A stretch of 64,000 nt of DNA from Okamejei kenojei (Eukaryota): the NCBI GenBank assembly GCA_035221665.1, contig CM069156.1:39928001-39992000 (forward strand), written 5' to 3'. The notes under the pieces were generated by a model. The model searched no databases. It saw only the letters and a program-made list of their open reading frames with translations, and was not told where the DNA came from. Below, in pieces: positions 1 to 12,578 of this stretch. Position numbers and translations under genes: made by a program. Numbering within the stretch: the stretch's first letter is position 1; each line of letters starts with the position of its first letter.

Positions 1-480
1 GGGCTTACTGCCTACATATAGAGCGCTTATTATATTATTATACACATGGAGCAGATATCTCTCCTATGCTTCATATCCTTACAATTAGCATTACTACACA
101 TTATTGCATCTTTAGGTAGATGAATATTGCTTCAGGATTTATCTGTATGGGCATAATGGGCTAAGATGTCTTCCTTTGTGAGCGTTGACCAGTCCAGTTT
201 TTCTGCGATAAAGCTATTTCTATCTCTGGATACCACAGGTGTGTGTTCAACATTTATTCTCATAGCAACAGGTATATGTTCAGTCATTGTCGCCCCATAC
301 AAAATGCTCATACACCCCAATGAGGCATGTGCATCAGCTGTACTAATACAGTGGCCCAGCCATGACGTAGTGTGCCAGGCCTCACTAACATAAGTATAAC
401 TGTCTGTAGGTAAAAGCACTTTGCTTGACAATATTAAATTATCTTGACAGTAGACTACAAGGAGAATTACATTTACAGTG
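1..480 (-). mobile_element. RTEX-like non-LTR retrotransposon fragment (C-terminal part of APE endonuclease)
   Basis: ORF 132..431 reads YTYVSEAWHTTSWLGHCIST...TEHIP, resembling the APE TY..S.LDH..SDH.P motifs. Probably the same clade as 7463-9403. Confidence 0.6.
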
Positions 481-1239
481 CTAAATGCTTCACCATAAGG
501 ATACAGGCCTATAAAACTCTCAGCACTGCAGTGAGCACAGACCTGTAGATACGTGGCACATTAAACAACAGTACAATTCCAGCACTTCAAGGACAGAGAA
601 CAGTACAATCCTTACACTATGTTGCAATTCATGGAGTTGATTATGAAAGAGTAATGAATCGAGAGCCAGCTGCGCAATGGAGATGCCAGGAAGTCTTCGC
701 CTTCAATTGTGTCAGTCCTGTGGATGGTGTCTCATTTGGAACTCACTACTTGCAGAGGTGGTGGAAACAACCTTTCAGAACTGTCAAATGGGAATTGAAC
801 CAGCCCTTCAGGAGAAATAACTTGCAGAGCAGTGGGGAGAGAGTTGAGGATTGGACTGCTGGGAGCTGATACAGACCCAAAGGGTAGAATGGCTCCCTCC
901 AGTCCCAGAATTATCCTCTAACCACTAAATGACCTGAGAAATCCCAACCATTCTCCAGCGAACCTTCTAATGTCAAGGGTGGATGAGGTCAGTTTATGCA
1001 ACAATGGCACACTTCTGTACAAACACTAGCATTGTGTTCTAAGCACGCTGAGCTGCCAGAGTATGGCACTGGCCACTGAGGACCCAAACCTGTACCACAC
1101 CAAGCTCTCTAATAGGCCTAGGAATGGACACAACACTGATGGCCGGGAGTTGGATAATGCCAGCATTGCACTAAGACCTTCGAAACAGCCGGCACTGTAC
1201 TGCAAGGGCACAAAAAATGAGAGCCAGTCAGAACTGTGG

Positions 1240-1301
1240 GTAGACAAAAGTGCTGGAGAAACTCAGCGGGTGCAGCAGCATCTATGGAGCAAAGGAAATA
1301 G
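1240..1301 (-). repeat. Penelope-derived terminal repeat fragment, interrupted by the hAT-like element and resuming at 5519-5533
   Basis: gctggagaaactcagcgggtgcagcagcatctatggagc..aaatag|gcaacgtttc matches the repeat seen at 25853-25940 and 61000-61085. Confidence 0.7.
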
Positions 1302-2508
1302 CATGGCCGTCCGAAGGGGGGGTGCGTTGGGTGCGACTGCACCCCCCTTTTTTTCCTGAGGAAAAAAAAATCAGAGGAAAAAAGTAAACAATATATTTGC
1401 GACCATCCGCTCCTGCGCAGTGGGGGGAAGCTGGTGACAAGCCAGAACCGATGCAAACTGACGTCGTCTCTCTGCGCGTGCGCGGGATCAGATCACCACC
1501 ATTTTCAATGCATCGCCTCGATGTTCCGGGCCTAGTTTGGGTGAGTGGGGCCGTGAAATATTGCGTTGCATTACAGGGAGGAGGAATCTGTCTGTTTTAT
1601 ATCGGGGGTATTAAACTACCCGAGAGGGTCCAATCCGACCCACGGGATGGTTTGGAAAAAAAAGGAGTTCCCTTTTCTCGGGAGGGGGGGGGGGGGGGGG
1701 GTGGGTGGGAGCGGTGTTCGCCCGCCCAGTCCGTGGGCTCCATCTGCGGCGTCGGAGCATAACAAGCGGGTCCCGTCCGCTGCGGGCTGTCAGTCCGGGG
1801 AGACCGTCCTCCCGTCGCCGGGCGGGAAGCGGGAAGGGCTGAATCTGAACCCAGTCGTGGCAGCGGCCGTGACACCAAGAGCTGCTCAGGCCGGGTCCAC
1901 ATCACCTCCACCCCCCCTCCCGGGCCCTCGCACCCCCCCCCCCCCATCGTTTCTGGTGGGGGCGGCGACAGCTGTAGTGCGGGGTGACGGAGGGTCGGAG
2001 TGAATGACGGGCCCCGCACTGCAGCAACAGTGGCGACGGTGGATACATCTCCTCATGCTTCCTGCAACCCTGACAGCGGCCATTGCTTGCCACTCCGCCA
2101 ACGATGATAACCGATTTCAAAACAACCCCTCCCGCACGCCGAGGCTGGGAGGAGGAAGCGAGGAAAGAAGGGGAGGCCCCTTCCGCCATCTGAAGCACCT
2201 GCACCGCTCGGCCCCACACCTTCCTGTTGGCTGGCTACCAAGTGGACTTGGTAGTGGACAGGGACAGCCATGGCTGCAGGGCGATAATGCCGTCCCTGTC
2301 CGAGGAGCGCTGACCTTCCTTCCTCACCACCTCCTCTGCCCCTTCCCCTCTCTCTCTCTCTTTTATGCCCCCCTCCACCCCCCCTTATCCTGGGACCTCT
2401 ACTCTCCACCCCACACTGATCCCCATTCCCCCCTCTATTCAGTCCTCACAACCAACACACACTAATTCCCCTGCCTCAATTCATCCATTCTTCACCGATT
2501 GCCTTCTC

Positions 2509-2546
<38 letters not shown>

Positions 2547-2930
2547 ACCATCTATCCATCCCGCACTGATTCACCCAGCCCCCCCCGAAAGAAATAATAG
2601 AATAAGGGAAGTGGGGGGTGGAGGGGAGAGGGGAGTTCAGTCTACACTCGCTGAATCCATCACTGTGAAAAGTTAGATATGGTAATTGGATCTGGAAGCG
2701 GACCAATACATCTGTAAATAAAATTGGACATACATCTTTTCATTTGCACAATTGATTTTATTGTATTAATTTTAATATATTAATGTTTAAACTCCATGCA
2801 TTGAACGAAGACTATTTTACAGCCCATCTGTGGTCCTTAACCCCAACCCTAACCCTAACCGGTCGTCGCCCGCAGGGCAGCATACGTCAGCGTATGACAG
2901 GGTGCACGACATGATGAGACACCCAGATGT

Positions 2931-3380
2931 CATAGAAACATAGAAACATAGAAAATAGGTGCAGGAGCAGGCCATTCGGCCCTTCGAGCCTGCACCGCCA
3001 TTCAATATGATCATGGCTGATCATCCAACTCAGTATCCTGTAACTGCCTTCTCTCCATACCCCCTGATCCCTTCAGCCATAAGGGCCACATCCAACTCCC
3101 TCTTAAATATGGCCAACGAACTGGCTTCAACTACCTTCTGTGGCAGAGAATTCCACAGATTCACCCCTCTCTGTGTGAAAACAATTTTCTCATCTCGGTC
3201 CTAAAAGACTTCCCCCTTATCCTTAAACTGTGATCCCTTGTCCTGGACTTCCCCAACATCGGGAACAATCTTCCTGCATCTAGCCTGTCCAACCCCTTAA
3301 GAATTTTGTAAGTCTCTATGAGATCCCCCCTCAATCTTCTAAATTCCAGCGTGTACAAGCCGAGTTTATCCAGTCTCTCT
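2931..3380 (-). mobile_element. CR1 LINE 3' fragment
   Basis: LEFRRLRGDLIETYKILKGLDRLDAGRLFP..RTRDHS; (catagaaa)n tail. Confidence 0.9.
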
Positions 3381-3749
3381 GGATTTTGAACATTCCAACA
3401 TCTAGAGGTGACAGGGTGTCACCACCCGTCACTACATACGTCACCACGCATCAGGCCACGTCACGACCCGACCACGACGCGACAACCTTTTTTCAGGCTG
3501 TCGCCGAAAATGTCAGACAAGTGGGACAGCCCCTTCACGCTGCGAAACTTGAGGGCAAGGCTTTCGAAGGCGGCATCGGCGGCAAACTTATCCCTGGCCA
3601 GGTTTTCGATCACCTCAGGCTCGAGTCCGCAGTGCTCGAAGAAACTGTCCAAGTCCGAGCAGGCTCGGAGAACCGGCAGCTGAGGTCGGAGTGCGAATGC
3701 AATAATCCGCCTTCACCAACCTGCCGCTTGAGCGGCTCCTTGGGGCGAC

Positions 3750-4040
3750 GTGCTGCTGCGTCTCTTGGCGCTGCTGGCGTGGTTACTTGTGCACCCTGGG
3801 ATGCTGCTGGCGCGGCGACTGGTGCTACCTGGGGCGCTGCTGGAGTGGTTACTTGTGCACCCTTGGGTGCTGCTGGTGTAGTTACTTGTGAACCCTGGGG
3901 TGTTGCTGGCTAGGCTGCTGTTTCTCCCGGGAGTGCTGTTGGCGTGTTACTTGTGAACCCTGGAGTGCTGCTCGTGTGGTTACTTGTGCACCCTGGAGTG
4001 CTGCTGGTGTGGTTACTTGTGCATCCTGGGGTGCTGCAGC
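3750..4040. repeat. ~30-bp minisatellite (gctgctggtgtggttacttgtgcaccctgg-like), about 9 degenerate units
   Basis: Visible tandem units; the minus strand reads PAAxQGAQVTT repeats. Confidence 0.85.
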
Positions 4041-4659
4041 CTCTGTACCCTCTGCTAATTCTCCCCCTTCCGACGTTGCTGCTCCCGTTGCCAGTCCTTG
4101 TTGTTTGTCGCCCTGGCTGCTAGAGCCGGGCAGCAGCCAATGGACCAGGCTGCCAGTGCCCTTGAAACTGCGGGCGCTGCTGGTGGCTGTCGCTCCTAGC
4201 ACAAACTCACACTTCTGCCGGTACATGACCAGCGAATCGGGCCTGAGCTGCCTCTTGGAGCTGGAGCGACGCACAATGTTAGGCGGGAGCCCCAGCTGGG
4301 ATTGCCGGAGGCCAGGTAAGTCTTCATGCTGCTGCTGGCCCCGCTGCCGCTGCCTTCCTCGGGGGCAGAGGTGCCCAAACCATTGGGCTCCACTTTGCAA
4401 CCCCTCGCCGTCTGGCTCTTCAAGTTCTTGGCCTTGTCGGCAGCCAGTCTCTCCACAGCGCTCTGCCGACCCCGCCTGTCCCCCTCCATTGGAATGCGGA
4501 GGTAGCCGGGGCCCTTGGACATGAGCCTGAGCGGCAGAGAAATGCACGCCTCAGGTGGCATGCTTGTAGTGGGCGCGATCTCAATCGGCATCTTACTTTG
4601 ATCCCACCAACGAGGACAAACATGTGTTCACATCCGCAAAGAAGGAAAGACCAGGACTT

Positions 4660-4980
4660 CCATGAGCAATGACGGGCTGTCTGCAATTGCCTTAATCCAC
4701 ATTCACTATGATTTGGCCCATAACTTGGACAAAGCCGTGACTAGGTTTGCGCAGTTACATTCTTGGAAAATGGAACTGGAAAACATGATTTATGGCCAAA
4801 TGGCAATATATGCAGTGTACACGAGTGTCCATCGCCTGCATCACTACGCCAGGACTACCTTGAGTAATGGCAGGCTGTCTGCAGTCGCCTTAATGCACAT
4901 TCACTATGACTTTGCCCATGAATTGGACAAAGTGGTGAGTAGGCTTGCACAGTTGCATTCTCAGAAAACTGAACTATTTC
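4660..4980 (+). pseudogene. hAT transposase C-terminal dimerisation-domain remnant, tandemly duplicated
   Basis: MSNDGLSAIALIHIHYD..LDKAVTRFAQLHSWKMEL and RTTLSNGRLSAVALMHIHYD..LDKVVSRLAQLHSQK match the hATC R.TM...RL..LAL..IH motif. Confidence 0.75.
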
Positions 4981-6442
4981 ATGTTGAGGTTGATGTGATG
5001 TGAAGTTGTTAGGTCAGGAGGACCATTAAAGGTGCACTGCACACATTAACACATTCTAACAGTAACATGCAATCAAATCAACACACAAAACATTTTCTAA
5101 AAAAAGGTTTTCTTTTCTGCAAAAACTTACAGAATTTTATTTGCAGTTTTTGCATGCTCCTTTATAACATTTTAGAACAGTACAACTTGATTATTAATAC
5201 AAAGACAACAATTCTTAATTTAAAAAAAGTATACAACAATGATCCCAATCATCCCATTCCACCCATTCATTACTCTTGACAACCAAAATTATTTCTGAAA
5301 TATTGGTCATACATTTGGTGCAAAAAGCTCCAAAATAAGGCTCAGAATGCATCAGAGCTTCTAAAACCCTAGAGCTGTCTGGGCCCTTAAGCGGGCCCTG
5401 GAACCCGGATGTGAGGGGTTTCCCGCTTGTGATGTGCGCTGCGTGCACATTATTTCACAAAACATTTTTGGAAACCTGTCATGCCACTCCCCTTTTTGAA
5501 AAGCTTCGTACGGGCCTGAATAGGCAACGTTTCAAAATTCATAAACACTAAGTGAACTATGGGTCTGGTCCTGATCTCCCGCCCGAGGATGCAGGGCCAT
5601 GGGATTTATTCCACACCCTGGGACCAGCCCCATGAGCTGGGAAGGGGATGCGTTGTCTCGACTGCAGCTAAAGTGACAAGTTTAGGTTTATTATTATCAC
5701 ATCCCGAGACGGCTGCGGCCGGACCCATGTTTGACCCCCCGACTCCCATCCCCTCGCTGCTCTTCTCTGCCCCGCTAATAAAGACGGGGTTCCGACTGCC
5801 TTCTTCCCCACCCTGTATCGCTGCCGTGTGGCCCCGGGACCGGGGACCGGCCACTGAACACACCGGGCCTCCACCGCTCCACATTGGGGGGGAAACCTCA
5901 CCTCCACGCCCGAGACCAGGCCCGTTGTCAAGGCAACGTCGCGAAGCAACGGTGGCCGGCCGGCCGCCATGATGTCATCCTGCAAGTCGCTCGCTGAAGT
6001 CACGTGATGGGGGCAATTGTAACCCGGAAGGCAGGGTGAGGTGAGCTGTCCATCAGAGGAACAGTCAGTGCCAAAGATACTGGAGCTGTGTGATCTTTGG
6101 TGCACACAGTCTCCACACAGACAGCTCGGTGCAAAATCCGCAACCGGATCTGCGAGACAGTGAAGGTGATTCATCAATTAATGAACACAATCGGAATCTG
6201 GACTGAATGGACTTCATTGCCACAGAAGGATGTGGGGGCCAAATCAATGGATATTTTTAAGGCGAATGTTCACAGATTCTTGATTTGTAAGGGTGTCGGG
6301 TTATGTGGAAAAGGCAGGAGAGGGAAAGACAGATTAGCCATGATTGAGCCTGAAGCTGGGTATTGCTGTGTCACTTAGTGGTGGGCAGGGAAGTCAGAAC
6401 CCTCGTCATTGATCGACACGGTCACGTCACCGCGGGGGTTAT

Positions 6443-7060
6443 CGTAAAGATAATCCATACATTTATCTCCTCCCGCCTAGATTACTGCAACTCCCTTTAC
6501 ACTGGCATCAGCCAATCTTCCCTGTCCCACCTGCAACTGGTCCAAAATGGCACAGCGAGACTCCTGACGGGCACCCGAAAAAGGGACCACATCACCCCGA
6601 TCCTGGCCTCTCTCCACTGGCTCCCTGTGCGGTTCCGAATAAATTTCAAGATCCTCCTTCATGTCTACAAAGCCCTGAATGGGCTTGCCCCCACCTACAT
6701 TAAAAGCCTTCTCACCCACCACACCACTTCCAGGTCCCTCAGATCGGCCGACTTGGGTTTGCTGAACATCCCGCGGTCTAGGCATAAGCTCAGTGGCGGT
6801 TGCTGCTCCTGGACTGTGGAACAGCATCCGTCTTCCCATCAGAACTGCCCCCTCCATCGACACCTTTAAGTCGAGATTAAAAACTCATCTCTACTCCCAA
6901 ACCTTGACGTCCTCTGAGCGAGGGCTATATGTATGTAGTGATGTTTGTATTTAATCTATGAACCACTGTTGTTTGTTATACTATTCTTATTCCAATGTAA
7001 AGCACTTTGGCCAACGGAAGTTGTTTTTTAAATGTGCTATATAAATAAAGTGATTTGACT
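6443..7060 (+). mobile_element. L2 LINE 3' fragment
   Basis: IHTFISSRLDYCNSL..LQLVQN..ARLLTGTRKRDHITPILASLHWLPV..RINFKILL is the classic L2 C-terminus. Confidence 0.9.
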
Positions 7061-7171
7061 TTTACGAGTTTCTGTTTTCTTTTTCGTGTATAAAACCTTT
7101 TTCACTCAACGTGCCTGGTCTTGCTTCAGTGATGACCCGGACGATCCGAACGTTTTTCGGGTCTCAACATG

Positions 7172-7458
7172 AGATGACATGAGAATTAAGGGACAGAGGT
7201 TTCGGGGTAACGTGAGGGGGAACTTCTTTACTCAGAGGGTGGTGGCTGTGTGGAATCAGCTTCCAGCAGAAGTGGTGGAGGCAGGATCGATTTTAACATT
7301 TAAAAGTAAAGTGGATAGGTATATGGACGTGAAGGGAATGGAGGGGTATGGTCTGAGTGCAGGTAGATGGGACTAGGGGAAAACAAATGGTCGGCACGGA
7401 CTGGAAGGGCCGAGAGGGCCTGTTTCCGTGCTGTAATTGTTATATGGTTATATGGTTA
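7172..7458 (+). mobile_element. CR1 LINE 3' end
   Basis: FFTQRVVAVWNQLP motif; (tatatggt)n tail. Confidence 0.9.
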
Positions 7459-7462
7459 CTGT

Positions 7463-9352
7463 AGATGGAATCTCCGGAACAGCTAATATCGCGGAGTTAT
7501 GGCGACAACATTATAGCACTTTATTCAACTGTGTCCAAGGTGAAGTATAGGGTGGACAATATTGAGAGTATTGACTCGATTGTGATTATGTCACATGAGG
7601 TGTATCATGCCATGAACAAGCTGTCCAACAACAGAACATTGGCTTGGATCATATCTCTGCTGAACATCTTCAGTATGCGAGTATGAGGATAGCTCCTTTC
7701 TGTAGATGATATGTGTATACACCTTTAATTGATAGTAACAATGTCCATGCTAACCACTCCCCCACCAGTTAGTATAATTGTAACCTACACGCCCCTAGCT
7801 CTCTCTCTGGTGATCGTGACAGACCACGTACAGCTAGGGCAATAATGTGTGATTAATAAAGTAGTGAAGATCTAATGGTGTCCGTGAATCTACTTTACAC
7901 TCTCCTAGCTATTTGTTTTACTGGCTTTATGATTCATGGCTTGTTACCAGACTCAATGTTGTCTGTCCTGTTAGTGCCGGTTATTAAGGACAAAGCTGGT
8001 AAAGTAGGCAGCCTAAATAATTACAGGCCCATAGCTTTAGCCAGCATATTGTCAAAAGTCTTAGAAAGAGTTCTGCTGGATAGAATAAATGAGTTTGTTA
8101 ACTCCACAGATAACCAGTTCGGCTTTAAAGCTAAACATGGCACTGACCTATGCATATATGCCCTAAGGGAGATTGTGAACGAATGTAGAGGCAAAAACTC
8201 TTCAATCCTTATGTGCTTTATTGATGCTTCCAAAGCCTTTGACCGTGTTAATCACAGAAAGCTGTTTGGTAAAATGAGTCAAAGTGGGGTGCCTAAATAC
8301 ACTGTTAGAATTCTGGCCTACTGGTATGCCCACCAGACTATGCAAATAAAATGGGGCAATAGTCTCAGCCCCATTTGGGGTTAGCAATGGTGTTAGACAA
8401 GGGGGAATTTTGTCCCCAGTCCTTTTTAATCTATATATTGATGATCTGTCTAAACAATTGAAAGCCTGTAACACTGGGTGCGTGATTGGTAATATTTTAG
8501 TGAACCATATTATGTATGCAGATGATCTTGTGGTCTTTAGTCCATCTAGCGCTGGTCTCCAGCAGCGCCTTACTACATGTTCCATGTACAGTGTGGAACA
8601 TGACATTAAATATAATGCTAGTAAGAGTGCTGTTATGGTCTGTAGAACCAAAGAGGATAAAAGCCTAAAATATCCTGATTTTAAATTGTCTGAGAACAAT
8701 CTTAGTGTCTGTAATAAGATAAAATATCTAGGGCATATTATTACAGAACAAATGACAGATGATGAGGATATTTATAGGCAACGACACATGCTGTATATAC
8801 AGGCGACTATCCTCTTGCGTAAATTTGGTGCGTGTGCAGATGTGGTGAAGATGTCGCTATTTAGAGCATACTGCACACCCCTCTACAATGCGTTCCTGTT
8901 GTCGAACTATTTAAAGACAAGTATGCAGAGACTAAAGGTGGCATATAACGATGCCATGAGAACACTGCTAAGGCAAGATGGTGTAGTGCCAGTAATATGT
9001 TTGTTGCTGCAGGAGTCAGTACTTTAGAAGCTATCCTAAGACACCACATGTATAAATTCATTTGCAGGATAAATGACTCTAGAAATGTGCTTATTGTGGC
9101 CTTGACAAACATAAGGGTTAGCACTACATGCTATGAATCCCAGCTGTGGAGACACTGGTATAGTTGTCTCGTTGTACGACATTGATCATCTTTTACTCTA
9201 GATTTTTAACTTAAGTATTGTGGGTTTTAAAATATATAAATTATGATGTTTTATGTGATTTACCATGATTTTATATATATTTATGATATTTGATATGCAA
9301 TCCATTTTTAATGTAATGTTGCCCCTTGTCTGGACCTTGAGTCCGTAATAAA

Positions 9353-9403
<51 letters not shown>
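7463..9403 (+). mobile_element. RTEX-like non-LTR retrotransposon, 5'-truncated, frameshifted RT, (TTA)n tail
   Basis: NYRPIALAS, QFGFK, FIDASKAFDRVNH, GVRQGG, MYADDL, KYLGH and LFRAYCTPLY motifs; AATAAA followed by (tta)n at ~9354-9403. Confidence 0.8.
7701..7899 (+). mobile_element. Solo LTR (199 bp) inserted in the RTEX RT
   Basis: TGTAGA...TTTACA termini; 5-bp TSD ctttc/ctctc (1 mismatch); internal TATA-like motif and AATAAA. Removal restores the frame IAPLLAICF. Confidence 0.75.
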
Positions 9404-12152
9404 GGGTTTTCCCCGTAAGTTTTTTTTGTACTTCACTTGGAGCAAAAAGAATCGAACTTATATCAAACGGTAAACAGTCTTCCATTTTCATCTTTAGCCA
9501 AGCTGGTTCCTGATCCATTTTTACCAGCCAAAAATTCATATTCTTAATCTGACCCGTCCAAAAATAATATAAAACATTAGGTAACGCTAATCCATTTATC
9601 TTGGATTTACATAAATGTTTTTTACTTATTCTGTGATTTTTATAATCCCAAATAAAGCTGTTAATAATAGAATCGATTTAAAAATAAAATAAAGGGATAG
9701 CTTGAAATAAATATAATAATTGTGGTAAGAAGACCGTTTTTATAGCATTTATTCTGCCAATCATTGATACTGGTAGTGTTTTCCAGTATAAAATATTATT
9801 TTTTAGTTTATCCAATAACTGAGGGTAATTTAATTTGATTAATAGATTATAAGATTTGGATACATTAATTCCTAGATATTTAAATTTATCCGTAACTATT
9901 TTAAACGGAAATTGTTGTAATATGTTTAATTTTATTCCAGTTATAGGCATAATTTCACTTTTATTGCAATTCTATATCCTGAAAATGTACCGAACTTAGT
10001 TATAATGTTATGTAAGTTAGGAATACTGATCTCCGGTTTTGTGATATATATTAAAACATCGTCTGCATATAAAGATATTTTATTCATTGTGGTATTAGTA
10101 TTGTATCCATATATTTCTGGATTTGATCTAATCCTTTTGGCTAATGCCTCGATTGCGAGAGCAAATAATAAAGGTGATAACGGGCATCCTTGTCTACAAC
10201 CCTTAGAAAGATTAAATTTAGCTGATAACATTTGGTTTGTTAGTATTCTTGCTGTAGGGTTGGAGTACAAAATTTTAACCCATTTACAAAATCTATCGCC
10301 CAGTTGAAATTTCTGCACTATCTTAAATAAGTAAGGCCATTCAACCTGGTTGAATGCTTTTTCCGCATCTAGTGAAATGACAGCTAATTCAATATCATTA
10401 ATTCTTTTTGAATATATGATATTGAATAGTCGTCTCAGGTTATAAGTGGAGTAACGTTTGGGAATAAAGCCTGTTTGATCATGATGTATTAGTTTATTAA
10501 TCATTAAACTTAACCTTTGGGATAAAGTTTTAGTTAATATTTTTTGATCAGTATTTAGAAGAGCAATTGCTCTATATGATCCAGGATCTTCCAGATCCTT
10601 ATCTACTTTAGGAATTAGTGTAATTGTAGACTCGTTTAGAGTTTCTGGTAACTTTCCTTGTTCATAAGCGTATTTTTATATCGCTTGTAAACATGGGGAA
10701 ATCAAGTCGTGAAACTGCTTATAAAATTCAGCACTTAGGCCATCAGGGCCAGCAGCTTTTCCATTTTTCAACGATCTGATTGATTCCTCAATGTCTTTTA
10801 CTGATATTTCAGCATCTAACAAGTCTTTGCCTTCCTGATCTAAACCTTTGATATGACATTCATGTAGGAATGTTTCCATTCCATCCGATTGCCCCGTCAG
10901 TTTGGTTGAATAAAGTTTATGATAGTAATGCAGAAATCTGTCATTAATATCTTTTGGCAAAGTTAATATTTCACCTTGTTTTGATCTGATTTTATATATC
11001 ATTTTTTCCTCATCTGATTTTCTAAGCTGGCGTGACAATAATTTTTGTGGTTTATCACCAAATTCAAAATGTACTTGTTTAGTCTGTTGAAAAGGTTTCA
11101 TAACATGATATGAATATATTTTATTTTGCTTATATTTTAATATTGCAATTTTATTATGTATCACCTTAGATGGAGATATTGCATTTTCAATATCTAATTG
11201 CTTTATTTCATTTTCTAAAGTTTGTTGCATCTTTCGGTTTTCCTTATTAAGGTATGCTTGCGCAGATATTATAGCACCACACATAAAGGCTTTAAATGGG
11301 TCCCAAAGAAGTGACGCTGAAATTCCGGGTTTGTCATTAGTCTCAAAAAACAATTTAATCTGTTTTACCAGATAATCATAACAAGCCTTTTCATTTAAAA
11401 TTTGAGGGTTGAGTCTCCATTGAGAGTGTTTATTAGTTATTGCATTTAATTTTATCTTAAATGTTAATGGTGCGTGATCCGAAATAATAATATTATGGTA
11501 TTTTGAGTCATACGTAAATGGAATTAATTTTGAATCTATTAAAAAATAATCTATCCTTGAATAGGTTCCGAATACAGGTCAGTAAAATGAATATTCCCAA
11601 CCAGAAGGGTTATCAGTTCTCCAGACATCCTTAACATTTGTAGTAGTAATAACAAAAATTATAAATTCGCTTGATTTAGATGTAACTTTTCTTTTAGTAG
11701 ATGATCTATCTAGATAATTATCTAAAGTACAGTTTTAATCACCCCTAATTATTAGATTATGTTGTGTAGATACCGGAATAGTATTAAATATTTTCTTAAA
11801 AAACAACGGATTATCGAAATTAGGTCCATATACGTTCATAAGGACAACTTTCTTTGAATATAATTCACCCGTAATTATTATATATCTACCCTAAATATCT
11901 TCTATTATTGAGGTATGTTTAAATGGTATACCTTTACGTATAAGAATTGCAACCCCTCTAGACTTTTGCGTAAATGAAGAATGATGCACTTTAGAAATCC
12001 ATTTTGCTGTTAGTCTATATTGCGCATCCTTTTTGAGGTGTGTCTCTTGAAGAAAAATTATGTCTGTTTTAAATCTATTTAAGTGAGCTAAAACCTTACC
12101 TCTTTTAATTGGTTCATTAATTCCCTTTACATTCCAGCTCGCTATGATTTTA
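9404..12152 (-). mobile_element. L1-clade LINE ORF2 remnant (endonuclease + RT)
   Basis: SWNVKGIN..DIIFLQETHL, KAAGPDG, DQTGFIP.R, SLDAEKAF, GCRQGCPLSPLLF, LYADDVL and FKYLGI motifs; many stops and frameshifts. Confidence 0.9.
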
Positions 12153-12578
12153 CCCATGACTTGGACAAAGTGGTGACTAGGTTTGCACAATTACATTCTC
12201 GGAACATGGAACTGGAAAATGTGGTATATGGCTAAATGGCAATATATGCTAGTCTGCCAAGAATGTTGTCAAAGTCTGGGAGAGGATCCCTGAACTGTCT
12301 ACTAATCCCCTCACACTTTGGGAGCCCAAACAGGACACTGCAAGAAGAGGTAGAAGTAGGGCCACCTACATCAGTGTACTGTGGAATGACACATAATTTG
12401 ACAACATTAACAATCCGAGGACTGCCATGCTAGATAAACTGGTCTGAGGTGCTATATTCATGGAACCAGGGATGGCATATAGGCTAAGGCCAACGAATGC
12501 CCTTGCATTAGTAGATTGTTTGGTAAGCTATATGATGAAATGTGAGTTTTATGTTATGCTATATATTTTAATGTTATG

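Larger units (their letters stand above)
1302..5518 (+). mobile_element. Non-autonomous hAT-like DNA transposon with 5-bp TSD (AATAG) and nested cargo
   Basis: Imperfect 15-bp TIRs catggccgtccgaag (1302) and cttcgtacgggcctg (ends 5518). AATAG at 1297-1301 and 5519-5523. Removing the element restores the host repeat. hAT dimerisation-domain remnants lie at 4660-4980. Confidence 0.75.

Noticed and set aside
1397-2706. Many overlapping GC-rich ORFs
   Set aside because: Produced by high GC content and poly-G/C runs; no recognisable domain.
2837-2860. Telomere-like (ccctaa) units
   Set aside because: Only about 3 imperfect units inside a transposon; not an interstitial telomere.
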